Source of the DNA: Candidatus Uhrbacteria bacterium RIFOXYB12_FULL_58_10
Lineage (GTDB): Bacteria > Patescibacteriota > Patescibacteriia > UBA9934 > GWF2-40-263
Reading direction: 5' to 3'
NCBI GenBank assembly: GCA_943354165.1
Contig: CALRBH010000001.1
Location: 80,828-144,827 of the forward strand
DNA length: 64,000 nucleotides
Below the pieces are notes generated by a model. The model did no database searches and was not told where the DNA came from. It worked only from the letters and a program-made list of their open reading frames with translations. Positions 24,898 to 34,477 of the stretch are shown here, one piece after another. A program made the translations under genes and the position numbers. The first letter of the stretch is position 1. The number at the start of each line of letters is the position of its first letter.

Positions 24898-27800
24898 ATG
24901 ACTGATTCTTTGCGAATCGGAAAGCGCGCTCTCACTGTGGCCGTTGCCGCCGTGACCATTCTTTGGTCCGTTGGCTTCTCCGCATTTGTGGCTCCGATGA
25001 CTGCTTCGGCAGCATCGTCTGGTGACGTTATTCGCGGCACCACGCTTTCCACCCTTTACTACCTCGCTTCAAACGGACAGCGCTACGCATTCCCTAACGA
25101 AAAGACTTACAAGTCTTGGTACGCAGACTTCTCGGGCGTTCAGACTCTTTCTGATTCCGCTCTTGCTGCGATCCCACTCGCTGGGAACATTGTGTACCGC
25201 CCAGGAGCTCGCTGGATTAAAATCCAGTCTGATCCTAAGACCTACGCCGTGACTCCACAGGGTCAGATCCGCTGGATCGAAACTGAGGCAGTTGCTGTCG
25301 GTCTTGCCGGTGCTAACTGGAACACATTCATCGATGACGTTTCGGATGTGTTCTTCGTTGACTACTCGGTAGGCGCTTCTCTCGCTTCGGCTGCCAACGG
25401 TTATTCTGGCATGCTCGTTGAAGAGGCTGGCAAGAACTGGCTTCTTTCGAGCAACCAGAAGCGTGAGGTTACCTCCGCTGGTTTCTCGGGCAACCGTTTC
25501 CAGACGCGCCATGTCCTCTCCGGTGACGGTGTAAACCTCGCTGGGATGACTGTGGGTGCTATGGTCACGGGTGCAGAAGCAGGTCTTACGGACACCGCAC
25601 AGCTCGGTGCAGCAGTGACAGGTGGTCTTTCCATCTCGCTCGCTTCTGACACCCCAGCTTCGACGACGGTTCCAGGCGGCGCTGACTCCGTTGAGTTCAC
25701 CAAGTTCAAGCTTGTTGCAAACTCCGGTTCAGCAACCATCAACCAGATCGTTGTGAGCCTCGGCGGCGTTGGGGCGACCAGCAACATCGACAACGTGTAC
25801 CTCTACAAGGGGAGCACACGTCTTACCGATGGTCGCTCGGTCAACTCGACTACGCGCAAGGCGACCTTCACAGGTCTCAACATCGCTCTCGCTGCCGGTG
25901 ACATCGTGTACCTCTCGGTACGCGCTGATACCAACGCAGCCGCAGGCGGTGGCGACACAGCTAACTTCTCCATCGCTGCTTCCGGCGATGTGACTGGCAC
26001 TGCTACGGTCTCTGGGAACTTCCCAATTTCTGGGAACACCATGAGTTTCTCCGATCAGAACGCCGGTACCATCACGGTAAGCAAGAACGCCACCATCACC
26101 GACCCAACGGTTGGCCAGGAGAATGCCGTGATTGGTAAGTTTAAAGTTGAAGCCGCTACGGAAGACGCTTCGCTTAAGCAGATTACCCTCAACATCGATG
26201 ATGCTGGCGACCACTCCAACTTCAAACTTTGGAAGGGTTCCACGCAGCTCGCTACGGGGACATCTGACGGCGAACTCGTCACCTTCGTGCTCACTAACCC
26301 ACTGCTCGTAGCAGAGGGCGACTCCGAAAACCTTCAGGTTTCGGCTGACATCGGTGGCGAGAAGGACGACGACATCAAAGTCGCGATTGAAGCTGAAGCA
26401 GACGTCGTTGCCATCGGTGGCGATTTCGGCTTCAACATGTCCACTGTCATCACTCTTTACGATGACGAAGGCGGCGCTTGTGTGGACGGAACAACAACTG
26501 GCTGTTCGTTCTCAGAAGTCCTTGGTGGTGAACTTACGTTCGCTTTCAACGGTCCAGCTGCAGACGACATTCAGATCGACGGCGATGACGTTGTGCTCTT
26601 GAAGTTCTCCATCACTTCGGAAGAAGCGGTTGAGATCAAGACGCTGAAGGTCACCGTCGCATGTTCCACTGGTGCGGAATGTGATAACGACAACAACGAC
26701 GAAGGCGGTCTCATTAACGACGTAACTGGCGCAGACAGCCCAGATACGCTCAATCTTGAGAACATCACTATTCGTAAGTCCGACGGTTCCGCTTGGATGG
26801 GTCCTGAGGAGCTCTCAGCCGCTGGCTCTGACGCAACTCAGACTCTTTCCTTCACGGACAACCAGAACATGACGGCCGGGCAGACGCTCGACCTTATGGT
26901 CACTGCAGACGTCGACAACGTTGATGGTCTCAGCGATGACAAGTACCGCGCTACATTGGAGCTTGGTACCGCTGGTGATGTTGAGGCAGAGGATGCAAAT
27001 GGCGACGATCTCGCCCTCGGCGACATCGTTCCAGGTACTGATCTCGTAGGAAACGAGATGACTGCAACCAACTCCTCCCTCTCGGTGCAGGTTTCGACTC
27101 CACCATCCTCTGGTACCTTCGTTAAGGGCCTCCAGAACGTGGCTGTGCTCGGCCTTGCCTTTGAGGCTGGGGATGCATCTGACGTAAAGGTCACCGACCT
27201 TGTGCTCAATGCTGATCTCGACACCACTGTCGGCGGCGGCGTTACCAGCACGGACTTGGTCCGCGATTCTGTGAACTCCTGCTCGCTTTACGACAGCCAG
27301 TCTGGAGCCCTTATTGCTGGCCCAGAGTCCTTCGACGCCGCTAATGAAGAAGCTTCGTTCGACAACTTCTCCTGGACCGTATCGGCCGGAGAAACCGAAA
27401 AGATGATCGTGAAGTGTAACTTCGCGAACGTTGATTCCAACGATGCTGACGATGATGAATACAACTTCTTCATCGACACCATTGGTACTGACATCACCGC
27501 AGAAGATACAGACGGCGATGACGTTGATCCAACAGCAGGTGCTGCTGGCCTCAACGAAGCCGTAGAAACAGTGGTCATCACGATCACGAACGCAGGCACC
27601 TTGATCATTAGTCTCGACGGTTCCACCGCTGCTTCGAACATCATCCTTGGTGCTTCGACCGGTGTGGCCATGTCGAAGTTTAAGTTCGAGGCAGGGGACG
27701 AGTCCTTCCTCGTGAAGGAACTTACCCTGGACAACTGTGTCACGCTCGTTGCAGACGCCGATGGCGACTGTGCAGACGGCGGTGAAGCCCTTGGTGCTGA

Positions 27801-28740
27801 TGACATCGCATCTGCGGTGAAACTCAGCTACCAGAACGAGGCAGGCGCTACGGTCACCAAGACCGGCTTCCTCTCGGGTAACACCATGAACGTCTCCGGC
27901 CTGGACTTCTTTATCCCATCCGGTACGACTCGTGTGCTCACCGTCACGATTGATACCAACGCGGTATCTTCCGTCGGTGCAGACTCCGGTACTCTTATTC
28001 AGCTCAACTTCAATGCCGAGGCCTCGGGTACGGCAACCTTCGAAGCTGTTGGATCTGGTTCCGGTGAAACGCTTACTGAAGTTGAGATTGATGCCGCCAA
28101 CTCTGGCGAATACATCGTTACGAACGACATGGTCGTTCGTAAGACAAAGCCAACGATCTCGCTCGCTTCGGGAAGCCCAAGCGGTGCAAGCATTCCTGGT
28201 CTCTCAGAAGTCCTTCGCTTCAACGTCGCTGCGGATTCCCGTGGCTTCGTGACCCTCGACGCAGTGACCTTCAAGGTAACCACGACCGATGGCGCTGCAA
28301 GCGGTTGGGCAGACTGTGATGACGCCTCGTTCGCAGTTGCAACGGGTTGGGAACTCTTCGACAACGACGATTCATCGGATAAACTCGATGACGCCGCTGA
28401 TTGGACCTTCCGAGATGGCGCAGGCGCTAACGTCTGTGGCGCCGGTGTTCCTCTCAAGTTCGTTGAACTTGACTTCGAAGGCGCTGCAACTCACCCAGCT
28501 GAAGAAATCGGTGCAGGTACAACGAAGACGTACGTTCTCCGCGTTGACACCACTGGTGCCGACTCAGCTGACGACGATTCGATCCGCATCGACATTCCAG
28601 ATGAGGCAGAAATCGATGCCGTTGTTGGCATGACTGCTATCCCATCTGCGATTCGTTGGGATGACGACGTGGAAGGCGACGACATCAACGGTGATCTTGT
28701 CAAGAACCTTTCCGTCACTGGCGGCACACTCGTTTACTAA
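24898..28740 (+). CDS. giant (1280 aa) secreted surface/S-layer-like protein with repeated Ig-like beta domains
   Basis: Signal peptide ...PMTASAAS; acidic, Thr/Ser/Gly/Asp-rich; recurring LYKGSTRLTDG / LWKGSTQLATG modules; no LPXTG. Confidence 0.7.
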   Translation: MTDSLRIGKRALTVAVAAVTILWSVGFSAFVAPMTASAASSGDVIRGTTLSTLYYLASNGQRYAFPNEKTYKSWYADFSGVQTLSDSALAAIPLAGNIVYRPGARWIKIQSDPKTYAVTPQGQIRWIETEAVAVGLAGANWNTFIDDVSDVFFVDYSVGASLASAANGYSGMLVEEAGKNWLLSSNQKREVTSAGFSGNRFQTRHVLSGDGVNLAGMTVGAMVTGAEAGLTDTAQLGAAVTGGLSISLASDTPASTTVPGGADSVEFTKFKLVANSGSATINQIVVSLGGVGATSNIDNVYLYKGSTRLTDGRSVNSTTRKATFTGLNIALAAGDIVYLSVRADTNAAAGGGDTANFSIAASGDVTGTATVSGNFPISGNTMSFSDQNAGTITVSKNATITDPTVGQENAVIGKFKVEAATEDASLKQITLNIDDAGDHSNFKLWKGSTQLATGTSDGELVTFVLTNPLLVAEGDSENLQVSADIGGEKDDDIKVAIEAEADVVAIGGDFGFNMSTVITLYDDEGGACVDGTTTGCSFSEVLGGELTFAFNGPAADDIQIDGDDVVLLKFSITSEEAVEIKTLKVTVACSTGAECDNDNNDEGGLINDVTGADSPDTLNLENITIRKSDGSAWMGPEELSAAGSDATQTLSFTDNQNMTAGQTLDLMVTADVDNVDGLSDDKYRATLELGTAGDVEAEDANGDDLALGDIVPGTDLVGNEMTATNSSLSVQVSTPPSSGTFVKGLQNVAVLGLAFEAGDASDVKVTDLVLNADLDTTVGGGVTSTDLVRDSVNSCSLYDSQSGALIAGPESFDAANEEASFDNFSWTVSAGETEKMIVKCNFANVDSNDADDDEYNFFIDTIGTDITAEDTDGDDVDPTAGAAGLNEAVETVVITITNAGTLIISLDGSTAASNIILGASTGVAMSKFKFEAGDESFLVKELTLDNCVTLVADADGDCADGGEALGADDIASAVKLSYQNEAGATVTKTGFLSGNTMNVSGLDFFIPSGTTRVLTVTIDTNAVSSVGADSGTLIQLNFNAEASGTATFEAVGSGSGETLTEVEIDAANSGEYIVTNDMVVRKTKPTISLASGSPSGASIPGLSEVLRFNVAADSRGFVTLDAVTFKVTTTDGAASGWADCDDASFAVATGWELFDNDDSSDKLDDAADWTFRDGAGANVCGAGVPLKFVELDFEGAATHPAEEIGAGTTKTYVLRVDTTGADSADDDSIRIDIPDEAEIDAVVGMTAIPSAIRWDDDVEGDDINGDLVKNLSVTGGTLVY

Positions 28741-28790
28741 GCCTCGGCTTAGCGAACAGTACGCCGCGCTCAGCGCGGTGGCTGCTAGAA

Positions 28791-28830
28791 GCAAACTCCC
28801 CGCCCGCAAGGGTGGGGAGTTTGTGTTTGG
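28791..28830 (+). terminator. rho-independent terminator after the surface-protein gene
   Basis: CAAACTCCCC-gcccgcaagggt-GGGGAGTTTG then TGTTTGG; stem identical to that at 30296..30322. Confidence 0.65.
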
Positions 28831-28919
28831 GGGACAACTAGTTCCAAACTGGAACCAGTTCACAATACACAGGAATATGGATAGCAATATGCCAAATATG
28901 CCTATTACAATTTTGATTT

Positions 28920-28946
28920 GAACTGTTACAAAATATGTAACAGTTC
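28920..28946. promoter_or_regulatory. perfect 11-bp inverted repeat GAACTGTTACA-aaatat-TGTAACAGTTC, candidate TA operator
   Basis: Just upstream of the TTGACG-N17-TATGAT promoter of the toxin-antitoxin operon, in an AT-rich island. Confidence 0.55.
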
Positions 28947-28952
28947 AACGGA

Positions 28953-28981
28953 TTGACGCGTTTCTCCCTCATTAGTATGAT
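28953..28981 (+). promoter_or_regulatory. promoter TTGACG-N17-TATGAT of the antitoxin-toxin operon, -10 lies 8 nt from the ATG
   Basis: Hexamers and spacing read directly. Confidence 0.5.
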
Positions 28982-28989
28982 TCATCTGT

Positions 28990-29235
28990 ATGGTAAAGCA
29001 AAAACTTTCAGCCAAAGTGGATCGTAAAACGATTATCCACGCCGTTGACCAACTCTCTCCAGATCGTGCGAGGATCGCGGTGGATTTTTTGGAGTTTCTC
29101 CATCAGAAAGATGCTGAATGGGATGCAACTACAGAACTCCTTTCGGATAAAAAGTTGATGAGCGATATCGCCACCGCAAGAAGGGATGTGGCAAAAGGAA
29201 TCGGACTCTCGTCTTGGCGCAAAACATCTGCGTAA
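28990..29235 (+). CDS. putative type II antitoxin (cognate of the downstream RelE/ParE toxin)
   Basis: 81 aa, small acidic protein, stop 1 nt before the toxin ATG. Confidence 0.55.
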   Translation: MVKQKLSAKVDRKTIIHAVDQLSPDRARIAVDFLEFLHQKDAEWDATTELLSDKKLMSDIATARRDVAKGIGLSSWRKTSA

Positions 29236-29236
29236 T

Positions 29237-29494
29237 ATGTTCGAGGTCCAGCTTCATATAAAAGCCAGGAAATCATATGAACGGCTTCCAAAACAGGCCG
29301 TTCTTCTTGTTGATCGCGGATTTGCTCTTCTTGAGTCGGATCCGTTTTCCGGGCCACAGATTAAACGTCTGCACGGTCCACTTGCCGGGCTATATCGTTT
29401 ACGGGCTGGAAGATATCGTATTGTTTATCAGATCATAAATGATCATCAAATAGTCGTAGTTCTTGTCATTGGCTCAAGAGAGAGTGTGTATTAA
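29237..29494 (+). CDS. type II toxin, RelE/ParE family
   Basis: ...GLYRLRAGRYRIVYQIINDHQIVVVLVIGSRESVY matches the RelE/ParE C-terminal signature; start at MFEVQ. Confidence 0.85.
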   Translation: MFEVQLHIKARKSYERLPKQAVLLVDRGFALLESDPFSGPQIKRLHGPLAGLYRLRAGRYRIVYQIINDHQIVVVLVIGSRESVY

Positions 29495-29544
29495 TAAGGT
29501 TTGCCATTTCGCCCACATTTCGCTAAGATTCCGCAACGAATGTA

Positions 29545-30288
29545 ATGATTGATCGATATCCCTGTATGTCTAAGCAGATCCGGCCGAAAACGCTTCTAAC
29601 TGCCCTTGCCGCCGTCATTGTGATTGTGGTTGGCGGGATGTGGTACGACCGCTCCACAAATCTTTCTCAGGATACGACTTCTAAGCAGATTATCGTTGAT
29701 ACCGTGGATCGCGGGATGTCGCCGGAACAGCGCGATACGTTTTATAAAAAAATTGCGGAACTTCAGGTACAGATCGCAGACGATGCCAATGAAGGCAAAC
29801 GCGATATCAGCAAAATCCTCCAGCTCGGAAACATGTTTTACACCGCCGGGGAACTCGCTCAGGCGAACGAGCAATACAAGGATATTTTGCGCACCAACCC
29901 TACGGACACTCCGGCTATGGAGAATATGGGACAGTCTCTCATGGAAATGGGGGACTATGAGGGAGCGGCCGCTCTTTGGGTGAGGTCGCTTAATATTTCT
30001 GCCAATGAGCAGATCTACATTAAACTTGTGGACCTCATTACGGAGCGTCTTCCCGCCAAGAATGCGCGCATTCAGGAGATCCTTGAATCCGCCATTGCCA
30101 ACATCGGCCAGACCCCAACGCTTCTCAAACGTCTCGCGCAGTGGTACGGGGAAAATGGAAAATACGAGGAGGCCATTTCTCATTACGAGGTCGCCCAGAA
30201 GCTGAACCTCAAGGACACCAGCATTAAGGAAGAGATAGACGCTCTGCGTCTGAAGCAGGCTCAAGCACTGCGATTACAGGAACGGTAA
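29545..30288 (+). CDS. membrane-anchored TPR-repeat protein
   Basis: N-terminal TM (LLTALAAVIVIVVGG) then 3-4 TPR-like helical repeats (YEGAAALWVRSL, YEEAISHYEVAQKL); alternative start at 29566. Confidence 0.65.
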   Translation: MIDRYPCMSKQIRPKTLLTALAAVIVIVVGGMWYDRSTNLSQDTTSKQIIVDTVDRGMSPEQRDTFYKKIAELQVQIADDANEGKRDISKILQLGNMFYTAGELAQANEQYKDILRTNPTDTPAMENMGQSLMEMGDYEGAAALWVRSLNISANEQIYIKLVDLITERLPAKNARIQEILESAIANIGQTPTLLKRLAQWYGENGKYEEAISHYEVAQKLNLKDTSIKEEIDALRLKQAQALRLQER

Positions 30289-30295
30289 TAATTCT

Positions 30296-30330
30296 CAAAC
30301 TCCCCTCCAGCAGGGGAGTTTGAGTTTGCT
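30296..30330 (+). terminator. rho-independent terminator sharing the stem sequence of 28791..28823
   Basis: CAAACTCCCC-tccagca-GGGGAGTTTG then AGTTTGCTTC. Confidence 0.6.
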
Positions 30331-30351
30331 TCATGTTATAATAGCAAAATT

Positions 30352-32403
30352 ATGCGTCGCCTTCTTACCCTTACCGCCCTTACAGCCATTACCGCCCTTA
30401 CCACCCAACCCGCACTCGCAGCCATCCCGAACGATCCTCTCATTGAACAGCAATGGTACCTGGCCAAGGTTCAGGCATTCAACGCATGGGACCACGGGAC
30501 GGGAACGGATGACGTCGTCGTTGCGGTGCTTGATACGGGTATTGATCTTGATCATCCGGATATAAAAGAGAATCTTTGGCGTAACGAAGGAGAGGTGAAA
30601 GGCGATGGGATCGATAATGATCAGAATGGTTTTGTTGACGATACGAACGGTTGGGATTTCATTGATGGGGACAACAGTCCGACTCCTTCCGCCGTGAACG
30701 CGCCGAGCGATGACGCGGTCGTGCATGGAACCGTCATTGCCGGAGTTATCGCCGCTGTTGGAAACAACGGGGAAGGGATCGCCGGGCTCAACTGGAAGGC
30801 GAAGATCATGCCGGTCCGCATCCTGGACCAATTCGGTTCCGGGACGAGCGAGGGAGCGCGTAAGGCCATCGAATACGCCGTGGCCAATCATGCCGACGTC
30901 ATTAATTTGAGTTTTACCGGATTCGAAGTCGACGAGGTCTTTAAGGACGTGGTTCACCGCGCGTACCAGGCAGGGGTGATTGTTGTTGCGGCTGTGGGGA
31001 ATAAAAGCGGCGGGGGAGTGAACCTGGACGAGACACCCGTGTATCCGGCCTGCTTCATGGGACTCGATGGGGACTGGGTGCTCGGTGTCGCCGCGACCAC
31101 TCGTCAGGACACCAAGGCTGGATTTTCAAACTACGGTTCGACCTGTACGGACATCAGTGCACCTGGGATCGAAGTGTTTGGCACGTCTTTTCAGGATCCG
31201 ACGGTAAACGGGTTTGGCCAGGCTTATCTTGGCGGATGGGCAGGTACATCGATTGCGTCTCCGATGGTGGCTGGCGCGGCTGCGCTGCTTAAGGCCAAGT
31301 ATCCGTTCATCACGCCAACGCAGGTAAAAACTGCATTGCAGCTTTCCGTGGATCCGCTTGCGGAAGTTGGGACGCCTGCCGCGGGGAAACTCGGTGCGGG
31401 TCGGCTGAACGTTGCTCGGGCGTTTGAGGTCGCGGGACAGTTTACGTTTGGGACGTCTTTGCCGATTCCTTCAGGACCCGCACCGGCAGTTCTCCCACCC
31501 CCTCCAACTCCCCCTCCGGGAGGGGGAGGGTTCGAGTCTGTTCGGATCGTCCTTGCGGCTGGGCCGGGTGCTGCGCCTCGAGTTCAGGTTTTTGATGAAG
31601 GCGGGCATGCGTCTGCATCGTTCTTGGCGTATGCCGAGGCGTTTAAGGGCGGCGTGCGCGTTGCGGCTGGCGATGTGGATGGGGACGGCGTCATGGAAAT
31701 CATCACGGTGCCCGGGCCAGGTGGCGGTCCGCACGTGCGTATCTTCACTCTTTCTGGCACGGTGAAAGGACAGTTTTTTGCCGGGGACAAGGCTGACCGG
31801 CGCGGATTAAACGTGTCGGTTGCGGATGTGGACGGCGATTTGAAATGGGAGATTATCACCAGCACGGAAGTGGGCGGGCTTGGGGAGGTGAACGTCTTTA
31901 CCATGGACGGAACTCGGCTTTCGAGCTTCAAACCGTTTCCAGGATCCAAGGAAGCGATTCGTGCGACGGGCGTGGACGCGGATGGAGATCGGCGAGATGA
32001 GATTGCCGTAGCGCTCGGCGCCGGGGCGAAACCGGAAGTGCGATTGTTTAGTTCCACCGGTTCGCTGAAGAAGAGTTTTCTTGCATATGGGGCAGGGTTC
32101 CTTGGCGGGATCTATTTGACTGCCGCGGATCTCGATGCAGACGGCAGCGAGGAAATCGTTGCGGGAACCGGGACTGGAGGAGGACCGCAGGTGCGGACGT
32201 TCACCGGCAAGGGTGCCGTCGTGGATTCTTTCTTCGCCTTTGACGCCACGCACCGCAAAGGGGTGATGGTCGCGGGGGCGGGCACGTTCCTTGTGGCCCT
32301 TGAAGGAAGCAGCGGAGCTGTGAAGCTCCTGAATCGCAAGGGACAGACCATGGGCGGATTCGATGTCCTCCCGGGCAATTATTCATTAGCTGTCCTTGAA
32401 TAA
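30352..32403 (+). CDS. secreted subtilisin-like serine protease (S8) with C-terminal FG-GAP/VCBS-like beta-propeller repeats
   Basis: Triad motifs VLDTGIDLDHPD, HGTVIAGVIAA, GTSIASPMVAGAAALL; repeats AAGDVDGDGVMEII, TAADLDADGSEEIV; the signal peptide is encoded by the CCCTTACC repeat; TATAAT 9 nt before the ATG. Confidence 0.85.
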   Translation: MRRLLTLTALTAITALTTQPALAAIPNDPLIEQQWYLAKVQAFNAWDHGTGTDDVVVAVLDTGIDLDHPDIKENLWRNEGEVKGDGIDNDQNGFVDDTNGWDFIDGDNSPTPSAVNAPSDDAVVHGTVIAGVIAAVGNNGEGIAGLNWKAKIMPVRILDQFGSGTSEGARKAIEYAVANHADVINLSFTGFEVDEVFKDVVHRAYQAGVIVVAAVGNKSGGGVNLDETPVYPACFMGLDGDWVLGVAATTRQDTKAGFSNYGSTCTDISAPGIEVFGTSFQDPTVNGFGQAYLGGWAGTSIASPMVAGAAALLKAKYPFITPTQVKTALQLSVDPLAEVGTPAAGKLGAGRLNVARAFEVAGQFTFGTSLPIPSGPAPAVLPPPPTPPPGGGGFESVRIVLAAGPGAAPRVQVFDEGGHASASFLAYAEAFKGGVRVAAGDVDGDGVMEIITVPGPGGGPHVRIFTLSGTVKGQFFAGDKADRRGLNVSVADVDGDLKWEIITSTEVGGLGEVNVFTMDGTRLSSFKPFPGSKEAIRATGVDADGDRRDEIAVALGAGAKPEVRLFSSTGSLKKSFLAYGAGFLGGIYLTAADLDADGSEEIVAGTGTGGGPQVRTFTGKGAVVDSFFAFDATHRKGVMVAGAGTFLVALEGSSGAVKLLNRKGQTMGGFDVLPGNYSLAVLE

Positions 32404-32420
32404 GGTACAATGTCCCCACT

Positions 32421-33431
32421 ATGCCAACCCAACCATTTGAAAAGAAAAACGTGCTTGTCACCGGCGGGGCCGGGTTCATCGGATCCCATCTCTGCGAACG
32501 GCTGCTCATGGATGGCCATCGCGTGATCTGCTTGGATAACTTTTCCACCAGTCACGTCCGTAATATCAACGACCTGCTTTCGAATCCAAACTTTCAGTTC
32601 CTCCGCCTCGACATCAACGAGCCGATGAACCTCGAGCAGTACACCGAGCTGTCCGGATTCAAGCTTCCGTTCCAGGGGATCCAGGAGATCTATCACTTGG
32701 CGTGTCCGACATCGATTAAACAGTTCGACCAGTTCCGTGCGCAGACGCTGCTCGCCAGTTCCGTGGGCACGTACAATGTACTTGAGCTCGCCCGGAAATA
32801 TCGCGCGAAGATTTTGCTGTCGTCGAGTTCGGTCGTCTACGGATCGCGACGCAAGGAACATCCAGTTGTCGTGGAAACGGATTTGGGAACGGTTGACCAG
32901 CTCTCCCCCCGCGCCTGTTACGATGAAGGCCGCCGGTTTTCGGAAACCATGTTTGCCACCTACCAGCAGGTGCACGGGCTTGAGACGCGCATCGCGCGCA
33001 TCTTCCGCACGTATGGTCCTCGCATGCCGCTTTTTGACGGCCATCTCATTCCGGATTTCGTCCTCAACGCCCTCGAAGGGAAAGATCTGGTGGTATACGA
33101 CCATGGAGGATTCCACTCGTCGTTCGTCTTCGTGACGGACGTCGTGGACGCGCTCGTCCGCCTTATGGGCACGCCGACCGATCCGGGTCCCGCCAACGTG
33201 GGAAGCGACGTCGACATGCTTGTGGACGATGTCGCGGCGATGATCGTCAAGCTGACGGAATCGACTTCGCCGGTAAAGCAAGGCGAGGACCTTCTGTTCC
33301 TCTCGGAGCTTCCGATTCCAAACATTGACCGCATGCGCGAGATTGGATGGTTTCCGATCGTGCGGCTGGAGGACGGGCTTGAGAAGACGGTCGAATACAT
33401 GAAGGCGAATCGGCTGCTCTTGAGCGTGTAG
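32421..33431 (+). CDS. NAD-dependent UDP-glucuronate decarboxylase (UXS / UDP-xylose synthase-like SDR)
   Basis: VLVTGGAGFIGSHLCERLL, YDEGRRFSE (YxxxK region), extended-SDR epimerase/dehydratase fold. Confidence 0.8.
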   Translation: MPTQPFEKKNVLVTGGAGFIGSHLCERLLMDGHRVICLDNFSTSHVRNINDLLSNPNFQFLRLDINEPMNLEQYTELSGFKLPFQGIQEIYHLACPTSIKQFDQFRAQTLLASSVGTYNVLELARKYRAKILLSSSSVVYGSRRKEHPVVVETDLGTVDQLSPRACYDEGRRFSETMFATYQQVHGLETRIARIFRTYGPRMPLFDGHLIPDFVLNALEGKDLVVYDHGGFHSSFVFVTDVVDALVRLMGTPTDPGPANVGSDVDMLVDDVAAMIVKLTESTSPVKQGEDLLFLSELPIPNIDRMREIGWFPIVRLEDGLEKTVEYMKANRLLLSV

Positions 33432-33448
33432 GGCGTAGTGTGTAAGGT
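33424..33448. repeat. stop-codon-rich motif GTAGGGCGTAGTGTGTAAGGTATAGG overlapping the stop of the UXS gene
   Basis: Shares GCGTAGTGTGTA with 21183..21212; TAG/TAA in all three frames. Confidence 0.5.
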
Positions 33449-33458
33449 ATAGGAATCT

Positions 33459-34124
33459 ATGCGAGTTATCGCGGTTATTCCTTGTTATAACGAGGCAAGC
33501 GAGGTGGGACGGGTCGTGCAAACGGTCCGTTCCTTTGTCGCACAAGTGATCGTGGTAGACGACGGCTCTAACGACGCGAGTGCAGAAGAAGCGCGCAAGG
33601 CCGGAGCGGTGGTGGTGCAACATGTCATCAACCGCGGATTGGGCGCTTCGCTCGGCACTGGGTTTGCCGCCGCTCTCATGAACGGCGCGGATGCCGTGGT
33701 CACGTTGGATGCCGATGGTCAGCACGACCCGTCGGAAATCCCGTCGCTCGTCGCGGCGCTTGAAGCTGGGGCAGATGCGGCGCTCGGATCGCGCATGCTT
33801 ACGCGCACGGGGATGCCGGCGCGCCGCCAGTTCGCGAACACGCTTGGAAACGTCCTTACGTTTCTCTTGTTCGGCTCATGGGTCACGGACAGCCAGTCCG
33901 GATACCGCGCGATCAACGCATCGACGCTTGCGAAGATGGATCTCAAGACCAACCGGATGGAAGTGTCCTCGGAAATCATCGCCGAGCTTTGCCGTGTAGG
34001 CGCGTGCGTCGTCGAGGTTCCCATCAAGGCGATCTACACGGAGTATTCGCTTTCCAAGGGGCAGAACTGGTTTGTCGGAATTAAAACCGCGATCAAGCTT
34101 CTTCTTCGCCGCCTCTCCTCGTAA
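33459..34124 (+). CDS. glycosyltransferase family 2, polyprenyl-phosphate sugar transferase type (DPM1/GtrB-like, soluble)
   Basis: VIPCYNEASE, VVDDGSNDAS, DADGQHDP motifs. Confidence 0.85.
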   Translation: MRVIAVIPCYNEASEVGRVVQTVRSFVAQVIVVDDGSNDASAEEARKAGAVVVQHVINRGLGASLGTGFAAALMNGADAVVTLDADGQHDPSEIPSLVAALEAGADAALGSRMLTRTGMPARRQFANTLGNVLTFLLFGSWVTDSQSGYRAINASTLAKMDLKTNRMEVSSEIIAELCRVGACVVEVPIKAIYTEYSLSKGQNWFVGIKTAIKLLLRRLSS

Positions 34125-34126
34125 CT

Positions 34127-34477
34127 ATGTCGTTCACCCTCATCCAAATCATTCTCATCGGCGTTGCCTTGCTCGGAGCGTTCCGTACTGTGCGACAGTT
34201 TAGGGCCGGCCGCGTGCCACCCGCCTGGCTCGCCTTTTGGGGAGCGTGCTGGACGGCACTCGCGGTCGTCGCCTTCATTCCGCAGACGACCGACATCGCG
34301 GCGAACATTTTCGGCGTCGGCCGCGGAGTTGATCTTGCGGTGTACGTTTCCATCGTTCTTCTGTTCGCCCTCTCCTTCAAGCTCCTCATGAAGATCGAGG
34401 ATCTTGAGCGCGACATTACCAGGCTCGTCCGCGCGCTCGCCCTTAAGGATTCCGATAAGACTGATCATGTCGCCTAA
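34127..34477 (+). CDS. DUF2304-like small membrane protein (GT2 partner)
   Basis: 116 aa, 3 TM, directly downstream of the GtrB-like GT2. Confidence 0.55.
   Translation: MSFTLIQIILIGVALLGAFRTVRQFRAGRVPPAWLAFWGACWTALAVVAFIPQTTDIAANIFGVGRGVDLAVYVSIVLLFALSFKLLMKIEDLERDITRLVRALALKDSDKTDHVA

Noticed and set aside
28740-28990. Possible integrase, transposase or att site marking the AT-rich island.
   Set aside because: No recombinase ORF or direct repeats bracket the island. Only the duplicated terminator stem was found, so mobility is inferred from composition alone.
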